DNA of 34,005 nt from Pseudomonadota bacterium (lineage in GTDB: Bacteria; Pseudomonadota; Gammaproteobacteria; Xanthomonadales; SZUA-36): NCBI GenBank assembly GCA_038749855.1, contig JBCDHO010000001.1:1-34005 (forward strand), given 5' to 3'. Positions 1 to 12,978 of the stretch are shown here, in pieces. The position numbers were made by a program, and so were the translations under genes. The notes under the pieces were generated by a model. It was not told the origin of the DNA. It saw only the letters and a program-made list of their open reading frames with translations, and searched no databases. Positions within the stretch are counted from its first letter, which is position 1. Each line of letters opens with the position of its first letter.

Positions 1-1134
1 CGCCGACCCCAACTGCTCGTCTTCCGTGATGCGGCGGAGCAGCGGATGAGCAGGGTCGAAGCCATTCGCACCCTGGCCGAGAATCGGCGCCAGGTCGAAG
101 CGAAAACCATCCACCCCCATGGGGCGGTGCCAGTAGCGCAGGCTGTCGACGACCAGGTCCTGAACCACCGGGTGGTCCGCATTGACCGTGTTGCCCGTTC
201 CCGTGTCATTCACGTAGACGCCCGGGTCGTTGGGCTCGACCCGGTAGTAGGCCAAGTTGTCCAGGCCGCGGAAACTGAGCATCGGGCCAAGGCCGTCTCC
301 CTCTCCTGTGTGGTTATAGACAACGTCGAGCAGCACGTCGAAACCGGCCTCGTGAAGGGCGGCCATCATGGCCCGGAATTCCACGTTGGGATCCGGGCCC
401 GCGAGGCGCGGCGCCACGGCAAAAAAGCTGATCGAGTTATAGCCCCAGAGGTTCTGCAACCCGCGCTCGACCAGGTGCCGCTCGTCGATGAACGCATGCA
501 CGGGCATGAGCTCCACGGTGGTGATCCCCAGCGCCTTGAGATGCTCGAGAATCTGCCCGTTGCTCAGGCCCCGGAGCTTTCCGCGCTCCTGCTCGTCGAG
601 GTCCGGGTGTGCCATGGTGAAGCCGCGGACATTGGCCTCGTAGACGATCGAGTCGGTCCAGGCACGCATGGCCTCGCGATGCGGATAGGGTGAGAAGGGC
701 TGGCTGACGACGCTGTGCGGCACCACGGGGGCGCTGTCCCGCTCGTCCATGCGCCAACCCACCTGCGCCCGCTCGACCGTGTAGTCGAACACCGCCGCGC
801 TCCAGTGAAAGTCACTGGCCAGCAGCCGGGCGTAGGGGTCGAGCAGCAGCTTGTGCGGGTTGCAGCGCTCACCGCGGTCCGGGTGCCAGGGCCCGAAGGT
901 GCGATAGCCATAGCGCTGCCCGGGCCCGAGACCGGGCACGAAGACTTCCCAGTCACCGTCCCCCAGCGCATTCATTTCCACGCGCTGGCGTTCCGGCCCA
1001 CCCGGCGCATGAAGGCACAGCACCACGCGCTCCGCGCACGATGAATAGACGCGAAAGCGGACGCCGTCCGCTTCGACGAACGGCCCGCGCGCCGGCGTCG
1101 GACTCAGTCCAGTTCGACCGGCTCCAGGTGCCAT
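1..1134 (-). CDS. glgX: Glycogen debranching enzyme (GH13), 3' end runs off the window
   Basis: Not in the ORF track. Manual minus-strand translation from ATG 1134 gives MAPGAGRTGLSPTPARGPFVEADGVRFRVYSS...GQRYGYRTFGPWHPDRGERCNPHKLLLDPYAR...MGVDGFRFDLAPILG, in the same frame at position 1. The start could instead be CTG 1107, overlapping the glgP stop. Confidence 0.93.
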   Translation of the reverse strand, partial: MAPGAGRTGLSPTPARGPFVEADGVRFRVYSSCAERVVLCLHAPGGPERQRVEMNALGDGDWEVFVPGLGPGQRYGYRTFGPWHPDRGERCNPHKLLLDPYARLLASDFHWSAAVFDYTVERAQVGWRMDERDSAPVVPHSVVSQPFSPYPHREAMRAWTDSIVYEANVRGFTMAHPDLDEQERGKLRGLSNGQILEHLKALGITTVELMPVHAFIDERHLVERGLQNLWGYNSISFFAVAPRLAGPDPNVEFRAMMAALHEAGFDVLLDVVYNHTGEGDGLGPMLSFRGLDNLAYYRVEPNDPGVYVNDTGTGNTVNADHPVVQDLVVDSLRYWHRPMGVDGFRFDLAPILGQGANGFDPAHPLLRRITEDEQLGSA

Positions 1135-3605
1135 ATGTCCGCGTTGTAGTCGCGCATGGTGCGGTCGGTTGAGAACCGGCCCGATGCGGCGGTGTTGAGG
1201 ATGCTCATGGTGGTCCAGCGTTCCGTATCCCGGAAGGCCTCGTCGACCCGATCCTGGGCGTCGATGTAGCTGCGGAAATCAGCCGCCGTCATCCACAGGT
1301 CGTTCGGGTCCTGGAAGGAAGCAATCACGTCATCCAGCACGCCGGGCTCGAGGCGGTTGAAGTGGCCGCAGTCGAGGAGATGAACCACACGGGTGAAGTC
1401 TTCGTCGGCGGCAATGATGCCGCGCGGGTCATAGTGGGCCCGGAGTGCCGGCAGTTCTTCCACCGTGTGACCAAACAGGAAAAAGTTCTCCTCGCCCACT
1501 GCCTCGCGGATCTCCACGTTGGCGCCATCGAGCGTGCCGATGGTTACCGCGCCGTTCATCATGAACTTCATGTTGCCCGTGCCCGAGGCCTCCTTTCCGG
1601 CCGTGGAAATCTGCTCCGACAAATCCGCTGCCGTGCAGATCGCTTCCATGGCGGTGACGTCATAGTCCGGATAGAACACCATCTGCAGCTTACCGCGCAT
1701 GGCCGGGTCGTTGTTGATGACGTGGGCGACATTACTGATCAGCTTGATGACACTCTTCGCCATAACGTAGCCAGGGGCTGCCTTACCGCCGATGATAATG
1801 GCGCGGGGCACCATGCCTTCGTCATCGCCGCGGCGAATCCGGTCGTAGCGGTGGATGGCGTGAAGCACGTTCAGCAGCTGGCGCTTGTACTCATGAATGC
1901 GCTTGACCTGCACGTCGAAGAGCATGGTCGTATCGAGGGCCAGTCCGGTCTGCGCCTGGATCAGCTTGGCCAGCCGCTCCTTGTTCACCTGGCGTGCCGT
2001 CTGCCAGCGCTGTCGAAATTCCGGATCGTCGACGGAAGCGCGCAGACCGGAAAGCTGATCCAGGTCCGTCACCCACCCGTCTCCGATCGTGTCACTGATC
2101 AGTCCGGCGAGCGGCGCGTTACAGGCCGCCAGCCAGCGCCGCTGGGTAACGCCGTTCGTCTTGTTGTTGAATTTTTCGGGCCAGAGCTCGGCGAAATCCC
2201 GGAACAGACCCTCACGCAGCAGCTTGGAATGCAGCTCGGCCACGCCGTTGACGGAGTAGCTGCCGACGATGGCGAGGTAGGCCATGCGCACGCGACGCTC
2301 GCCCCGCTCCTCGATCAGTGACATGCGGGCCAGCCGCTCGTTGTCCCCCGGCCAGCAGATGCTGACTTCCTCAAGGAAACGCGCGTTGATTTCGTAAATG
2401 ATCTCCAGTACCCGTGGCAGCAAGCGCTCGAACATGCTCAGCGGCCAGGTTTCCAGGGCCTCGGGCAGCAGCGTGTGGTTGGTATAGGCCATGGTGCTGC
2501 GGGTGATGGCCCAGGCCGAATCCCAGCTGAGCCCGTGCTCATCGAGCAGCAGGCGCATGAGTTCCGGCACCGCGATGGCCGGGTGCGTGTCGTTGAGCTG
2601 GAAGCAGTTATGTTCGGCGAAACTCGACAGGTCAGCGCCCTGGTGCTTCACCCAGTCCGCCAGCACGTCCTGCAGGCTGGCCGAAGCCAGGAAGTACTGC
2701 TGTCGCAGGCGCAGCTCATGCCCACTGACCGTGGCCGTGTTCGGATAGAGCACCTTGGAGATGTTTTCAGCGGCCGTCTTGGCTTCCACGGCTTCCGTGT
2801 AGCTGCCCGCATTGAACTCCTCGAGGTCGAAGGACTCGGTAGCCTCCGCCGACCAGAGGCGCAGCGTGTTGACCACCCCGTTGCGGTAGCCGGGCACGGG
2901 CACGTCGTAGGGAATGGCGAGCACGTCACGCGTATCCACCCAGGCGCGCCGCTCTTTCCCGTCTGGATCCCGGTAGGTAATCGTGTGACCACCAAAGCGG
3001 ATCGGCCGGGCCAGCTCGATGCGCTCAATTTCCCAGGGGAAGCCGTCGCGCAGCCAGGGATCCGGTTCCTCGACCTGGAAGCCCTGGTCGATGCGCTGGC
3101 GAAACATGCCGTACTCGTAGCGCAGGCCATAACCGACCACCGGCAGCCCGAGGGTCGCGCAGCTGTCGAGGAAACAGGCGGCAAGGCGGCCAAGGCCCCC
3201 GTTGCCGAGACCCGCGTCGTGCTCCGCCTCTTCGACCTGCCCAAGTTCGACACCAAGCGCGGAGAGCGCTTCCGTGGAGGCCTGTACGGCGCCCAGGCTG
3301 TAGAGCGCGTTGTGCAGCAGCCGGCCCATGAGAAACTCCATGGACAGATAGTAGGCACGGCGCGATCCCTCACGCTCCAGGGCAATGTTGGTGGCGTTCC
3401 AACGCTCCATGAGCCGATCACGCACCGCGTGGGACAGGGCCTGATACAGGAACGGCGTATCCGTGCGCAGCGTGCGGCGGCCCAGCATGCGCGTGTAGTA
3501 ATGCGAAAGGTCGCCGAGGAAAGCGTCGGCATCCATGCCCAGCTGCGATTTCTGGAGAAACTCCAGGCGGCCGGTGCTGTCTTGCGGTTCGTTGAGGACG
3601 TTCAA
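1104..3605 (-). CDS. glgP: Glycogen/maltodextrin phosphorylase (GT35)
   Basis: Motifs DAGLGNGGLGRLAACF, QLNDTHP, KRIHEYKRQ and the PLP-lysine motif EASGTGNMKF. Start moved from the ORF-track 3863 (inside glgB) to TTG 3605, which follows GGAG; ATG 3536 is an alternative. Confidence 0.95.
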   Translation of the reverse strand: MNVLNEPQDSTGRLEFLQKSQLGMDADAFLGDLSHYYTRMLGRRTLRTDTPFLYQALSHAVRDRLMERWNATNIALEREGSRRAYYLSMEFLMGRLLHNALYSLGAVQASTEALSALGVELGQVEEAEHDAGLGNGGLGRLAACFLDSCATLGLPVVGYGLRYEYGMFRQRIDQGFQVEEPDPWLRDGFPWEIERIELARPIRFGGHTITYRDPDGKERRAWVDTRDVLAIPYDVPVPGYRNGVVNTLRLWSAEATESFDLEEFNAGSYTEAVEAKTAAENISKVLYPNTATVSGHELRLRQQYFLASASLQDVLADWVKHQGADLSSFAEHNCFQLNDTHPAIAVPELMRLLLDEHGLSWDSAWAITRSTMAYTNHTLLPEALETWPLSMFERLLPRVLEIIYEINARFLEEVSICWPGDNERLARMSLIEERGERRVRMAYLAIVGSYSVNGVAELHSKLLREGLFRDFAELWPEKFNNKTNGVTQRRWLAACNAPLAGLISDTIGDGWVTDLDQLSGLRASVDDPEFRQRWQTARQVNKERLAKLIQAQTGLALDTTMLFDVQVKRIHEYKRQLLNVLHAIHRYDRIRRGDDEGMVPRAIIIGGKAAPGYVMAKSVIKLISNVAHVINNDPAMRGKLQMVFYPDYDVTAMEAICTAADLSEQISTAGKEASGTGNMKFMMNGAVTIGTLDGANVEIREAVGEENFFLFGHTVEELPALRAHYDPRGIIAADEDFTRVVHLLDCGHFNRLEPGVLDDVIASFQDPNDLWMTAADFRSYIDAQDRVDEAFRDTERWTTMSILNTAASGRFSTDRTMRDYNADIWHLEPVELD

Positions 3606-3619
3606 GGTCTCACTCCGTT

Positions 3620-5785
3620 TCAGGGTTCCCGCACCGGCGCCAGCCACAGCGTGGCCAGAGGCGGGAGCGTCAATTCGATGGATACGTCTCGGCCGTTGGC
3701 GCTGTGCGCCTCGGTGGCAAACTCCGACGCACCGAGTACACCGGTACCGCCATAGCGCAGGTCGTCGCTGTCCAGCACCACCCGGTAGGCCTTCGCCTCC
3801 GGTACACCGATGCGAAAACCGTGCCGCACGACCGGGGTAAAGTTGCACACGCAGACCAGCCACTCGTCCTCGCCCGCGCGGCGAATCCAGGAGAACACGC
3901 TGCTATCACGGTCTGCGGGGTCGATCCACTCAAAGCCTTCTGGCCGGAAGTCGTCGCGGTAGAGCGCGGGCTGCGCACGGTAGACGTGATTCAGGTCCCG
4001 CACGAGGCATTGAACGCCCTCATGCGGTGCATGGTCCAGCAGGTGCCAGTCCAGGGAGCTGTCATGGTCCCATTCACGGGACTGGGCAAACTCACCCCCC
4101 ATGAACAGCAGCTTTTTGCCCGGATGCGCCCACATGAAACCGAAGTAGGCGCGCAGGTTGGCAAAGCGCTGCCAGTCATCGCCCGGCATACGGCCCAGCA
4201 GGCTGCCCTTACCATGAACCACCTCATCATGGGACAGGGGCAGGATAAAGTTTTCCGTGAAGGCGTAGACAAGCCCGAAGGTCATCTTGTCGTGGTGGTG
4301 CTTGCGGTGCACGGGCTCCTCGCTCATGTAGGAGAGCGTGTCGTTCATCCAGCCCATGTTCCATTTGTTGGTGAACCCCAGCCCACCGGCATCCGTGGGC
4401 CGGGACACCCCAGGCCAGGCGGTGGATTCCTCGGCATGGCTGCCCGCACCCTCGAGGTGAACCACGGCATTGAGCCGTTTCAGGAATTCCACGGCTTCGA
4501 GATTCTCATTGCCGCCGTGCTTATTCGGCAGCCATTCGCCCTCGTCCCGGGAATAGTCCAGATACAGCATGGAGGCCACGGCATCGACGCGCAGCGCGTC
4601 GATATGGAACTGGCGAATCCAGTACAGCGCACTGCCGACGAGGTAGTTGATCACCTCCCGGCGACCGTAATTGAAGATCAGCGTGCCCCAGTCCTTGTGC
4701 TCGCCCTTTCGAGGATCCTCGTGCTCGTAGAGCGCGCTGCCGTCGAAACGCCGGAGGCCGTGCTCATCCTTCGGAAAATGGGCCGGCACCCAGTCGGCGA
4801 TGACGCCGATACCGGCCTGGTGAAGTCGATCGACCAGGTAGCGAAAATCGTCCGGGCTGCCGAAGCGTTGGGTCGGTGAGAACAGACCGATCGGCTGGTA
4901 GCCCCAGGAGCCGTCAAAGGGGTGCTCGGTGACAGGCAACAGTTCGACGTGGGTGAAACCCATATCCGTGACGTAGCGGACCAACTGCTTGGCCAGCGCC
5001 CGGTAGGACAGCAACTCGCCATGGGCACCGCGGCGCCAGCTGCCCAGGTGCACCTCGTAGACACTCATGGGCGCATCCAGTGCGGGGACGGCGCTGCGTT
5101 GCTGCATCCATTCGCCATCGCGCCAGCGGTGACGGCTGCGCCAGACCACCGACGCGTTGCCCGGGGGTGGCTCGTGGTACTGGCCGACCGGGTCTGACTT
5201 GAACGGCAACAGGCGACCCTCACCATCGAGCATCTCGAACTTGTAATGGGCGCCGGAATCCACGCCGGGAACGAAAATCTCCCAAATGCCATTACCCGGA
5301 TGCAGGCGCATGACATGCCGGCGACCGTCCCACTGATTGAAGTTACCGATAACGCTGACTCGGGTCGCGTTCGGCGCCCAGACGGCAAAGACGGTTCCAA
5401 GCACGCCACCCAAGCGCATCACGTGGGCACCGAGTTTTCGATACAGGTCTGCGTGGGAGCCTTCCCTCAGCAGGTAAAGGTCCAGGTCACCCAGCGTGGA
5501 GGGAAAGCGATAGGCGTCGTCACGGGTCCAATCGTGACCGTCGGCGTCCGTAACCCCCACGCGGTAAGCGCGAAGCCGGGGTGGAAGGGGTGCAGAGAAC
5601 AGGCCACCAGGGTGCAAGAGGTCCATGTCCGCAAGCACCTCGCCGTCCCGATTCAGCAGTCGCATGCCGCGTGCACCCGGCTCGAAGACCCGCGCAACCC
5701 GCTGGCCGCCTTCGCGATGAACACCCAGCACGGCAAAGGGGTTGTCGTGGGTGCCGTCTACGATGGCCTGGTAGGCCTTATCCAT
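3620..5785 (-). CDS. glgB: 1,4-alpha-glucan branching enzyme
   Basis: [21 protein letters not shown], catalytic [18 protein letters not shown] and [15 protein letters not shown] at 5785 (MDKAYQ). Confidence 0.96.
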   Translation of the reverse strand: MDKAYQAIVDGTHDNPFAVLGVHREGGQRVARVFEPGARGMRLLNRDGEVLADMDLLHPGGLFSAPLPPRLRAYRVGVTDADGHDWTRDDAYRFPSTLGDLDLYLLREGSHADLYRKLGAHVMRLGGVLGTVFAVWAPNATRVSVIGNFNQWDGRRHVMRLHPGNGIWEIFVPGVDSGAHYKFEMLDGEGRLLPFKSDPVGQYHEPPPGNASVVWRSRHRWRDGEWMQQRSAVPALDAPMSVYEVHLGSWRRGAHGELLSYRALAKQLVRYVTDMGFTHVELLPVTEHPFDGSWGYQPIGLFSPTQRFGSPDDFRYLVDRLHQAGIGVIADWVPAHFPKDEHGLRRFDGSALYEHEDPRKGEHKDWGTLIFNYGRREVINYLVGSALYWIRQFHIDALRVDAVASMLYLDYSRDEGEWLPNKHGGNENLEAVEFLKRLNAVVHLEGAGSHAEESTAWPGVSRPTDAGGLGFTNKWNMGWMNDTLSYMSEEPVHRKHHHDKMTFGLVYAFTENFILPLSHDEVVHGKGSLLGRMPGDDWQRFANLRAYFGFMWAHPGKKLLFMGGEFAQSREWDHDSSLDWHLLDHAPHEGVQCLVRDLNHVYRAQPALYRDDFRPEGFEWIDPADRDSSVFSWIRRAGEDEWLVCVCNFTPVVRHGFRIGVPEAKAYRVVLDSDDLRYGGTGVLGASEFATEAHSANGRDVSIELTLPPLATLWLAPVREP

Positions 5786-5839
5786 GTCGTGCACCAACGA
5801 CGATGGCCTGGTAGGCCTTATGCATGTCGTGCACCAACG
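5760..5839. repeat. 40-bp tandem duplication (39/40 identical) spanning the glgA stop and glgB start
   Basis: acgatggcctggtaggccttatCcatgtcgtgcaccaacg (5760-5799) is followed directly by acgatggcctggtaggccttatGcatgtcgtgcaccaacg (5800-5839). Confidence 0.97.
5778..5825 (-). other. 15-aa mini-[18 protein letters not shown] created by the duplication
   Basis: The ORF begins at ATG 5825, overlapping the end of glgA, and ends at TAA 5780-5778, overlapping the start of glgB. Translation is not demonstrated. Confidence 0.45.
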
Positions 5840-7383
5840 TCGTCCTGACTCAGCAACGGGTCATAGAGCGCTTCAACGGTTCGTCGGGCAGCACGGTCCC
5901 AACTGAACCGCTGAGCACGCGCGTGCTCTGACATCCTGGCCCAGGCAAGGGGATCACTGCGGCGCAGCGCCAGGGCTCGGCCCACTGCATTGACCAGCCC
6001 CTCCGCCTGCGCCCGCCGGGACGCCCCGGAGAAAACAAAGCCGGTCTCGCCGTCCTTCACCGTGTCCTTCAGGCCGCCAACGCCGTGGACCACGCAGGGC
6101 TGCCCAGCGCGGAGGGCCAGCATCTGACTGATGCCGCAGGGCTCGAAGGTGCTCGGCATAAGAAAAACGTCTGAGCCCCGATACAGCAATTCGCTCAAGG
6201 CTTCCGCGTAGCCACGCAGGAACAGAAAATTCTTGCGCCGCTCACCGATGGTGGAAAACAAAGCCTCCAGGGCCGGATCGCCACTTCCCAGCATGATGAA
6301 CAGGTCGTCATCACCCACGTGGTCGAGCAGACCATCCAGCGCAGTGGGGCACGCTGCGGTCGGCTCGAGAAAAAGCGCCACCTTCTGGTCGACCATGCGC
6401 CCGATACTGAGCAGCACCGTGCCCGGACGCTCGCCACGGAGTGACTCGATATGGCGCTGAAGAATGGGACGTCCTTCAAGCAGACCCCGGGCGTTGAGGA
6501 TGGCGTCCAGCAGATCGTCCCAGGGCCTTGGCTCCGGAAGATCCGGGTATTCACAGCCGTTCAGGATGCCCACCAGCCGGCCCGCTTCCGCCTTGCGCTG
6601 TAACAGGCTTTCCAGCCCCTCACCGCCATGGAAGCCCCGCGCGGGGTCGTTCGGCTGGCGAATCTCCTCGGCGTAGGTTGGTGAGACCGTCGCCACGGCG
6701 TCTGCCAGGCGAATGGCCGCCGCCATGGGATTGGCGAGACGGGCGTCGTGCGGGTCCAGCGTTGCATCGGCCAGATCGAGATACTCCGGAAACCAGGCCG
6801 CCAGGCTGGCATCGGTTCCCGCCAGCGGTCGGAGGCCCTGGTAGGCCAGGTTATGAATCGTGAACACCATGCGGCAACCGCGGATGGGCGCGTCGTCCGG
6901 TGCGCAGGCCCGGAGCCAGGGCAGGAAGCCCGTGTGCCAGTCGTGCAGGTGCACGATGGGGGGCACGGCCTCTTCCTGGTTCAGCCAGGCAGCGACCGCC
7001 GCGCAGAAAAACGCGAACTTGCTCGAGTCCGTCTCGAAGGGGCGATTGGGCGAGTCTGAATGATATATCTGGCCGGGCTGGCCCGGGCACAGGCGGGGAT
7101 GATCAATGACGACCTGCTCGAGCGATTGGGTCGAACCGGCGAGGCGCCAGGCCTTCGCCTGGAACGGTTCGCCGGCGAACTGCCCCTCAATGGTGACCAG
7201 GGGTCGCGCGCCAGGGTCGTGGTGAAAGGCACCATAGGCCGGCACCACAACGCGAACGCGACAGCCGGTCGCCGCCAGCGCTGGCGGGAGATCGCGTATG
7301 ACATCGCCGACGCCGCCAACCTTTCCCCGGGGGATCCAGTCGTTTTCGGCAGCCACGTGCCAGACTTCACGCATCCCCGCCAT
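5818..7383 (-). CDS. glgA: Glycogen synthase (GT5)
   Basis: KVGGVGDV (KxGG ADP-glucose motif), [25 protein letters not shown] and [13 protein letters not shown]. Confidence 0.94.
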   Translation of the reverse strand: MAGMREVWHVAAENDWIPRGKVGGVGDVIRDLPPALAATGCRVRVVVPAYGAFHHDPGARPLVTIEGQFAGEPFQAKAWRLAGSTQSLEQVVIDHPRLCPGQPGQIYHSDSPNRPFETDSSKFAFFCAAVAAWLNQEEAVPPIVHLHDWHTGFLPWLRACAPDDAPIRGCRMVFTIHNLAYQGLRPLAGTDASLAAWFPEYLDLADATLDPHDARLANPMAAAIRLADAVATVSPTYAEEIRQPNDPARGFHGGEGLESLLQRKAEAGRLVGILNGCEYPDLPEPRPWDDLLDAILNARGLLEGRPILQRHIESLRGERPGTVLLSIGRMVDQKVALFLEPTAACPTALDGLLDHVGDDDLFIMLGSGDPALEALFSTIGERRKNFLFLRGYAEALSELLYRGSDVFLMPSTFEPCGISQMLALRAGQPCVVHGVGGLKDTVKDGETGFVFSGASRRAQAEGLVNAVGRALALRRSDPLAWARMSEHARAQRFSWDRAARRTVEALYDPLLSQDDVGARHA

Positions 7384-7386
7384 CGC

Positions 7387-8673
7387 TCACCGCGTGTGAT
7401 AGAGGGACTGACCGAGCATTTCGGCGGTCACGAGCGTCCGACCACCGCCGGTGATCCGGAAACCGTTGCTGCGGTCTTCCTCCTGGTCGAAGCCGATGCG
7501 CATGCCCTCCGGCACCACCACGCCGCGGTCGATGATGGCATTGCGGATGCGTACGCGGCGCCTGATCTCGCAGTCCGGGAGGACCACGGACCGTTCGACC
7601 TCCGAGTAAGAGTGAACGCGCGTATTGGAAAACAGCACCGAGTTACGGACCGAAGAACCGGAGACGATGCATCCGGCTGAGACGATGGAACCCACCGCCT
7701 CGCCGCGCCGGCCCGGCTCGTCGAAGATGAACTTGGCCGCGGGCAGCTGCGCCTGGTAGGTAAAAATGGGCCACTCGCGGTCGTAAACGTTCAGGGGCGG
7801 CTTCACGTAGGTCAGCTCAATGTTTGCCTGCCAGAACGCATCCAGCGTCCCCACATCGCGCCAGTAAGCCTGTTCGCCGGTTTTCGGATCGCGGAACGGA
7901 TAGGCAAAAATACGGTAGTTCCGAATGATTGAGGGAATCACATCACGACCAAAGTCGTGGGTGGTTTCCACCGTGTCCGAGTCCTTGATCAGCTGCTCGA
8001 AGAGAAAACCGGTGTTAAAGACGTAGTTGCCCATAGAGGCGAGGCAAATGCCGGGCTTGCCGGGAATGGAATTGGGCTGCTCCGGTTTCTCGTCGAAGGC
8101 GATCACACGACCCGTTTCGTCCACGGTCATGACGCCCAGCTGCCCCGCCGCCTCCTCCACGGGAACCTCGACACAGCAAACGGTCATGTCCGCCTGCATC
8201 TCCGTGTGCCAGGCCAGGAAGGGCCCATAGTCCATCTTGTAAATGTGGTCACCGGCCAGGATCAGCACCAGCATGGGGTTGTGCGTGCGGATGATGTCGA
8301 TGTTCTGATACACCGCGTCGGCGGTGCCCTTGTACCACTCACCGCCGACCCGCTGGGACGCCGGCAGAATTTCGACGAACTCCCTGGAACCCGCCTGGAA
8401 GCTGGTCCAGCCGCGAACCAGGTGACGGATCAGCGAGTGCGCCTTGTACTGAGTCAACACGCCGATTCGACGCACGCCGGAATTGATGCAGTTGGACAGG
8501 GGGAAATCGATGATGCGGCTCTTGCCGCCGAAGTAGACCGCCGGCTTGGCTCGCCAGCGGGTCAATTCATACAGGCGCGACCCCTGCCCTCCCGCGAGTA
8601 TGAGCGCGAGCGTATCGCGCGTCAGTCTGCTGACGTGACGACCTTCCCCGACCGGTTTCTGCGTGTTCATCAT
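7387..8673 (-). CDS. glgC: Glucose-1-phosphate adenylyltransferase
   Basis: [52 protein letters not shown] and YWRDVGT. GGAGG directly precedes ATGATG at 8673/8670. Confidence 0.96.
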   Translation of the reverse strand: MMNTQKPVGEGRHVSRLTRDTLALILAGGQGSRLYELTRWRAKPAVYFGGKSRIIDFPLSNCINSGVRRIGVLTQYKAHSLIRHLVRGWTSFQAGSREFVEILPASQRVGGEWYKGTADAVYQNIDIIRTHNPMLVLILAGDHIYKMDYGPFLAWHTEMQADMTVCCVEVPVEEAAGQLGVMTVDETGRVIAFDEKPEQPNSIPGKPGICLASMGNYVFNTGFLFEQLIKDSDTVETTHDFGRDVIPSIIRNYRIFAYPFRDPKTGEQAYWRDVGTLDAFWQANIELTYVKPPLNVYDREWPIFTYQAQLPAAKFIFDEPGRRGEAVGSIVSAGCIVSGSSVRNSVLFSNTRVHSYSEVERSVVLPDCEIRRRVRIRNAIIDRGVVVPEGMRIGFDQEEDRSNGFRITGGGRTLVTAEMLGQSLYHTR

Positions 8674-8731
8674 GCCTCCCAGCACCCTCGACGAACCTTC
8701 GAGTCTACCGGATTGAGGTGACAGGTCCCCA

Positions 8732-10275
<1,544 letters not shown>

Positions 10276-10279
<4 letters not shown>

Positions 10280-11289
10280 GAGCCTGTCCTTTTTTCTGGA
10301 CTTGTCGTTGTTGCGGCGCCCTGGTCCGAAAGCGCGCCGTAGGCAGCGCCCAGCAAACCCGGGTCGTCGTGGGTGATGAGATGCGTGGGCGTCCGTTCCA
10401 TGAGGGAGCGATGGCGTCCCTTGTGCTCAAAGGCCGCCCGGAATCCGCTTGCCTCAAGCAGATCTGGATACCGTTTGACGATACCACCGGCGATGTAGAT
10501 GCCATCAAAAGCGCCGAGTTCCAGCGCGAGGTTTCCCGCCGCCTGGCCGAGCACCTCGAAGAATAGCTTGACGGCTTCGAGCGCCAGCCGGTCCTCGTGA
10601 CGCTGGGCGCGCTCAAAAATGTCGGCTGCGTCCAGGCGTTCCCCGGGTGAACCGTGAACCCGGTTCAGCGCCTCGAAAATATTGACGAGGCCCGGACCGG
10701 ACAGCAGCCGTTCATCGGAAACGCGCTCGAAGCGCTCACGCAGCACGCTGAGCACCTCGATCTGCTGGGCCGTTTCCGGTGCGAAACCCCGGTGCCCGCC
10801 CTCTCCGACGACCGGATGAAGCAACCCATCCCGGCACAGCAAACCAGCGACGCCCAGCCCGGTTCCCGGACCCAGAACCCCCACGGTGAAGTCCGCCGTC
10901 ACACGGACTCGCTCAGCCACCAGGCCGATGGGCTGTGTTACACCGGCGCTGAGAAAGGGCAGGGAAAGGGCGATGGCCTCAAAGTCGTTCAATAGCCGAA
11001 CCGAACGGGCACCGAGCTGCGCCTGCAGCTCCGCGCCGTCAATTGCCCAGTGGTTGTTCGTGAAGCGCACCGAGCCATTCACGATGGGACCGGCGGCGGC
11101 CAGGCACACGCCGCTGGGCCGACCCATGCCGACGCCGTCAAGATAGTGTTCGATGGCATCGAGGGCCGTGGGATACTCGCTACACGCCAGCTTTACGACC
11201 TGATCGAAGGCCGGTCGCTCCGGGTCAGCCAGTGCGAAGCGTGCATTGGTGCCTCCGATGTCACCAATCAGCAGGACCGGGGCCGTCAT
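10276..11289 (-). CDS. glk: Glucokinase
   Basis: GDIGGTNARF, LNDF, GPGTGLG, EGGH and ERLLSGPGL. Confidence 0.95.
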
Positions 11290-11292
11290 GAC

Positions 11293-12840
11293 TCAGATCG
11301 CCTCGGGCTCCGCGTCCCGGTCCACGGCCAGCGTTAAAAGCCCGGCGACCCCCAGTGAGATGCCGCCGAGGACGAGCCCGAAAATCGGTTCGCCACCAAA
11401 GCCCTCACGGAGCAGCAGGCCAAGCAGGCTGGCCGCCACCAGCTGCGGAATCACGATGAAGAAATTAAAGATTCCCATGTAGACGCCCATCTTGGCCGCG
11501 GGCAGGGCCCCGGAAAGCAGCGCATAGGGCAAGGAGAGAATGGATGCCCAGGCAACGCCCACACCGACCATCGGCAGCAGCAACCAGGCCGGATCGCGGA
11601 TAAACCAGAACGACAGCAGTCCGACACCACCGAGCATGAGATTCAGCAGGTGGCAGACCCGGCAGCCGAGTCGATGCGCCAGGAACGGGATGGCAATCGC
11701 AGCAAGTGCGGCGAAGCCGTTGTAGGCAGCAAACAGCACTCCGACCCAGTTGGCGCCTTCATTGTAGGCTGCGCTGGTGACGTCGGTGGTGCCGTAATGG
11801 AATGAAGTCACGGCGGACGTGCCGTAGATCCACATGGCGAACAGCGCAAACCAGGAAAAGAACTGCACCACCGCCAGCTGCTTCATGACCCGCGGCATGG
11901 CGAACAGATCGTTCATAACTTCATAAAGGCCATTGCTCGTGCGGCCGGACTCCTGGAGCCGCGCCGTCAGAAAGCACAGCACGCCAAAGGCCGCGAGGCC
12001 GACACCCAGGATGTAGAGCTGCTTGTCGAGGCCCGTCGTCACCCAGGCGGTCAGCCCCAGGCCGACCACGGTAAAGCCAATGCCGAAGCGCCGCAGGCCG
12101 TTGGCAGACTTCGCGGGCCCGTCGTGCGGGCTGGCAGCGGTCGGCTCCGCGTCGTCAAAGGCGGCAAGCTCTTCTGGCGAGTACTCACGGCTGCGGAAAA
12201 CGGTCCAGCTGACCGCGGCCAGGAAGGCAGCGCCGCCGATGTAGAAGGACCACTTCACGGAATCCGGGATCTCACCCGGGCCAGCGGTGTTGGCCACGTC
12301 GAACCAGTTCGCGAGCATCCAGGGCATGGCCGAGGCCACAACCGCGCCAATGCCGATGAAAAAGCTCTGCATGGCGAAGCCGCTGGTGCGCTGCTCCGGG
12401 GGCAGGTTGTCGCCGACAAAAGCCCGGAACGGCTCCATGGAAACGTTGATGCTCGCGTCCATGATCCACAGCATGCCGGCAGCGACCCACAGCGTGGGCG
12501 AGTTCGGCATGATGAACAGGGCCAGGGAGGCCAGGATGGCGCCCACCAGGAAGTAGGGGCGCCGACGCCCAAGGCGGTTCCAGGTGCGGTCACTCATGTA
12601 ACCGATAATCGGCTGCACGACGAGGCCCGTTACCGGCGCTGCCACCCACAGGATCGGCAGCTGTTCGATGTCCGCTCCGAGGGTCTGGAAGATCCGGCTG
12701 ACGTTGGCGTTTTGCAGCGCGAAGCCCATCTGGATGCCCAGAAAGCCGAAACACATGTTCCAGATCTGCCAGAAACTCAGCCTGGGTTTACTGGGTCGTT
12801 GGGCCTCCGATTGGCCCGCAGTAAGTGTCGCTTCTGTCAT
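11293..12840 (-). CDS. MFS (GPH/SLC45-like) sugar transporter, probably for maltose/maltodextrin
   Basis: KPRLSFWQIWNMCFGFLGIQ, SDRTWNRLGRRRPY, MGVYMGIFNFFIVIPQ and many hydrophobic segments. It is the first gene of the glk-malQ run. Confidence 0.88.
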   Translation of the reverse strand: MTEATLTAGQSEAQRPSKPRLSFWQIWNMCFGFLGIQMGFALQNANVSRIFQTLGADIEQLPILWVAAPVTGLVVQPIIGYMSDRTWNRLGRRRPYFLVGAILASLALFIMPNSPTLWVAAGMLWIMDASINVSMEPFRAFVGDNLPPEQRTSGFAMQSFFIGIGAVVASAMPWMLANWFDVANTAGPGEIPDSVKWSFYIGGAAFLAAVSWTVFRSREYSPEELAAFDDAEPTAASPHDGPAKSANGLRRFGIGFTVVGLGLTAWVTTGLDKQLYILGVGLAAFGVLCFLTARLQESGRTSNGLYEVMNDLFAMPRVMKQLAVVQFFSWFALFAMWIYGTSAVTSFHYGTTDVTSAAYNEGANWVGVLFAAYNGFAALAAIAIPFLAHRLGCRVCHLLNLMLGGVGLLSFWFIRDPAWLLLPMVGVGVAWASILSLPYALLSGALPAAKMGVYMGIFNFFIVIPQLVAASLLGLLLREGFGGEPIFGLVLGGISLGVAGLLTLAVDRDAEPEAI

Positions 12841-12880
12841 CGCGCCAGTTTATCAACGGGGCCCACTCTCCCCCCGTATT

Positions 12881-12894
12881 TACAAACGTATTCA
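12881..12894. promoter_or_regulatory. Putative LacI-family operator between the divergent MFS and GH13 genes
   Basis: TACAAACGTATTCA has a central CG and an imperfect palindrome. Similar sites occur at 20553 and 21784. Confidence 0.65.
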
Positions 12895-12978
12895 TAGGCC
12901 TGGGGACCGGACAGAAAGTCGGGGCTGTGCGCCTTTCGGTAGGATGCGAAGGGTAAAACACACCCTTGGAGAGGTTTG

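Noticed and set aside
3606-3863. N-terminal extension of glgP in the ORF track
   Set aside because: It overlaps the glgB 3' end in another frame. An SD-preceded TTG at 3605 gives a normal-length phosphorylase.
5760-5839. 40-bp repeat as a CRISPR array or insertion target-site duplication
   Set aside because: There are only two directly adjacent copies with no spacer or intervening element, and no cas or transposase genes.
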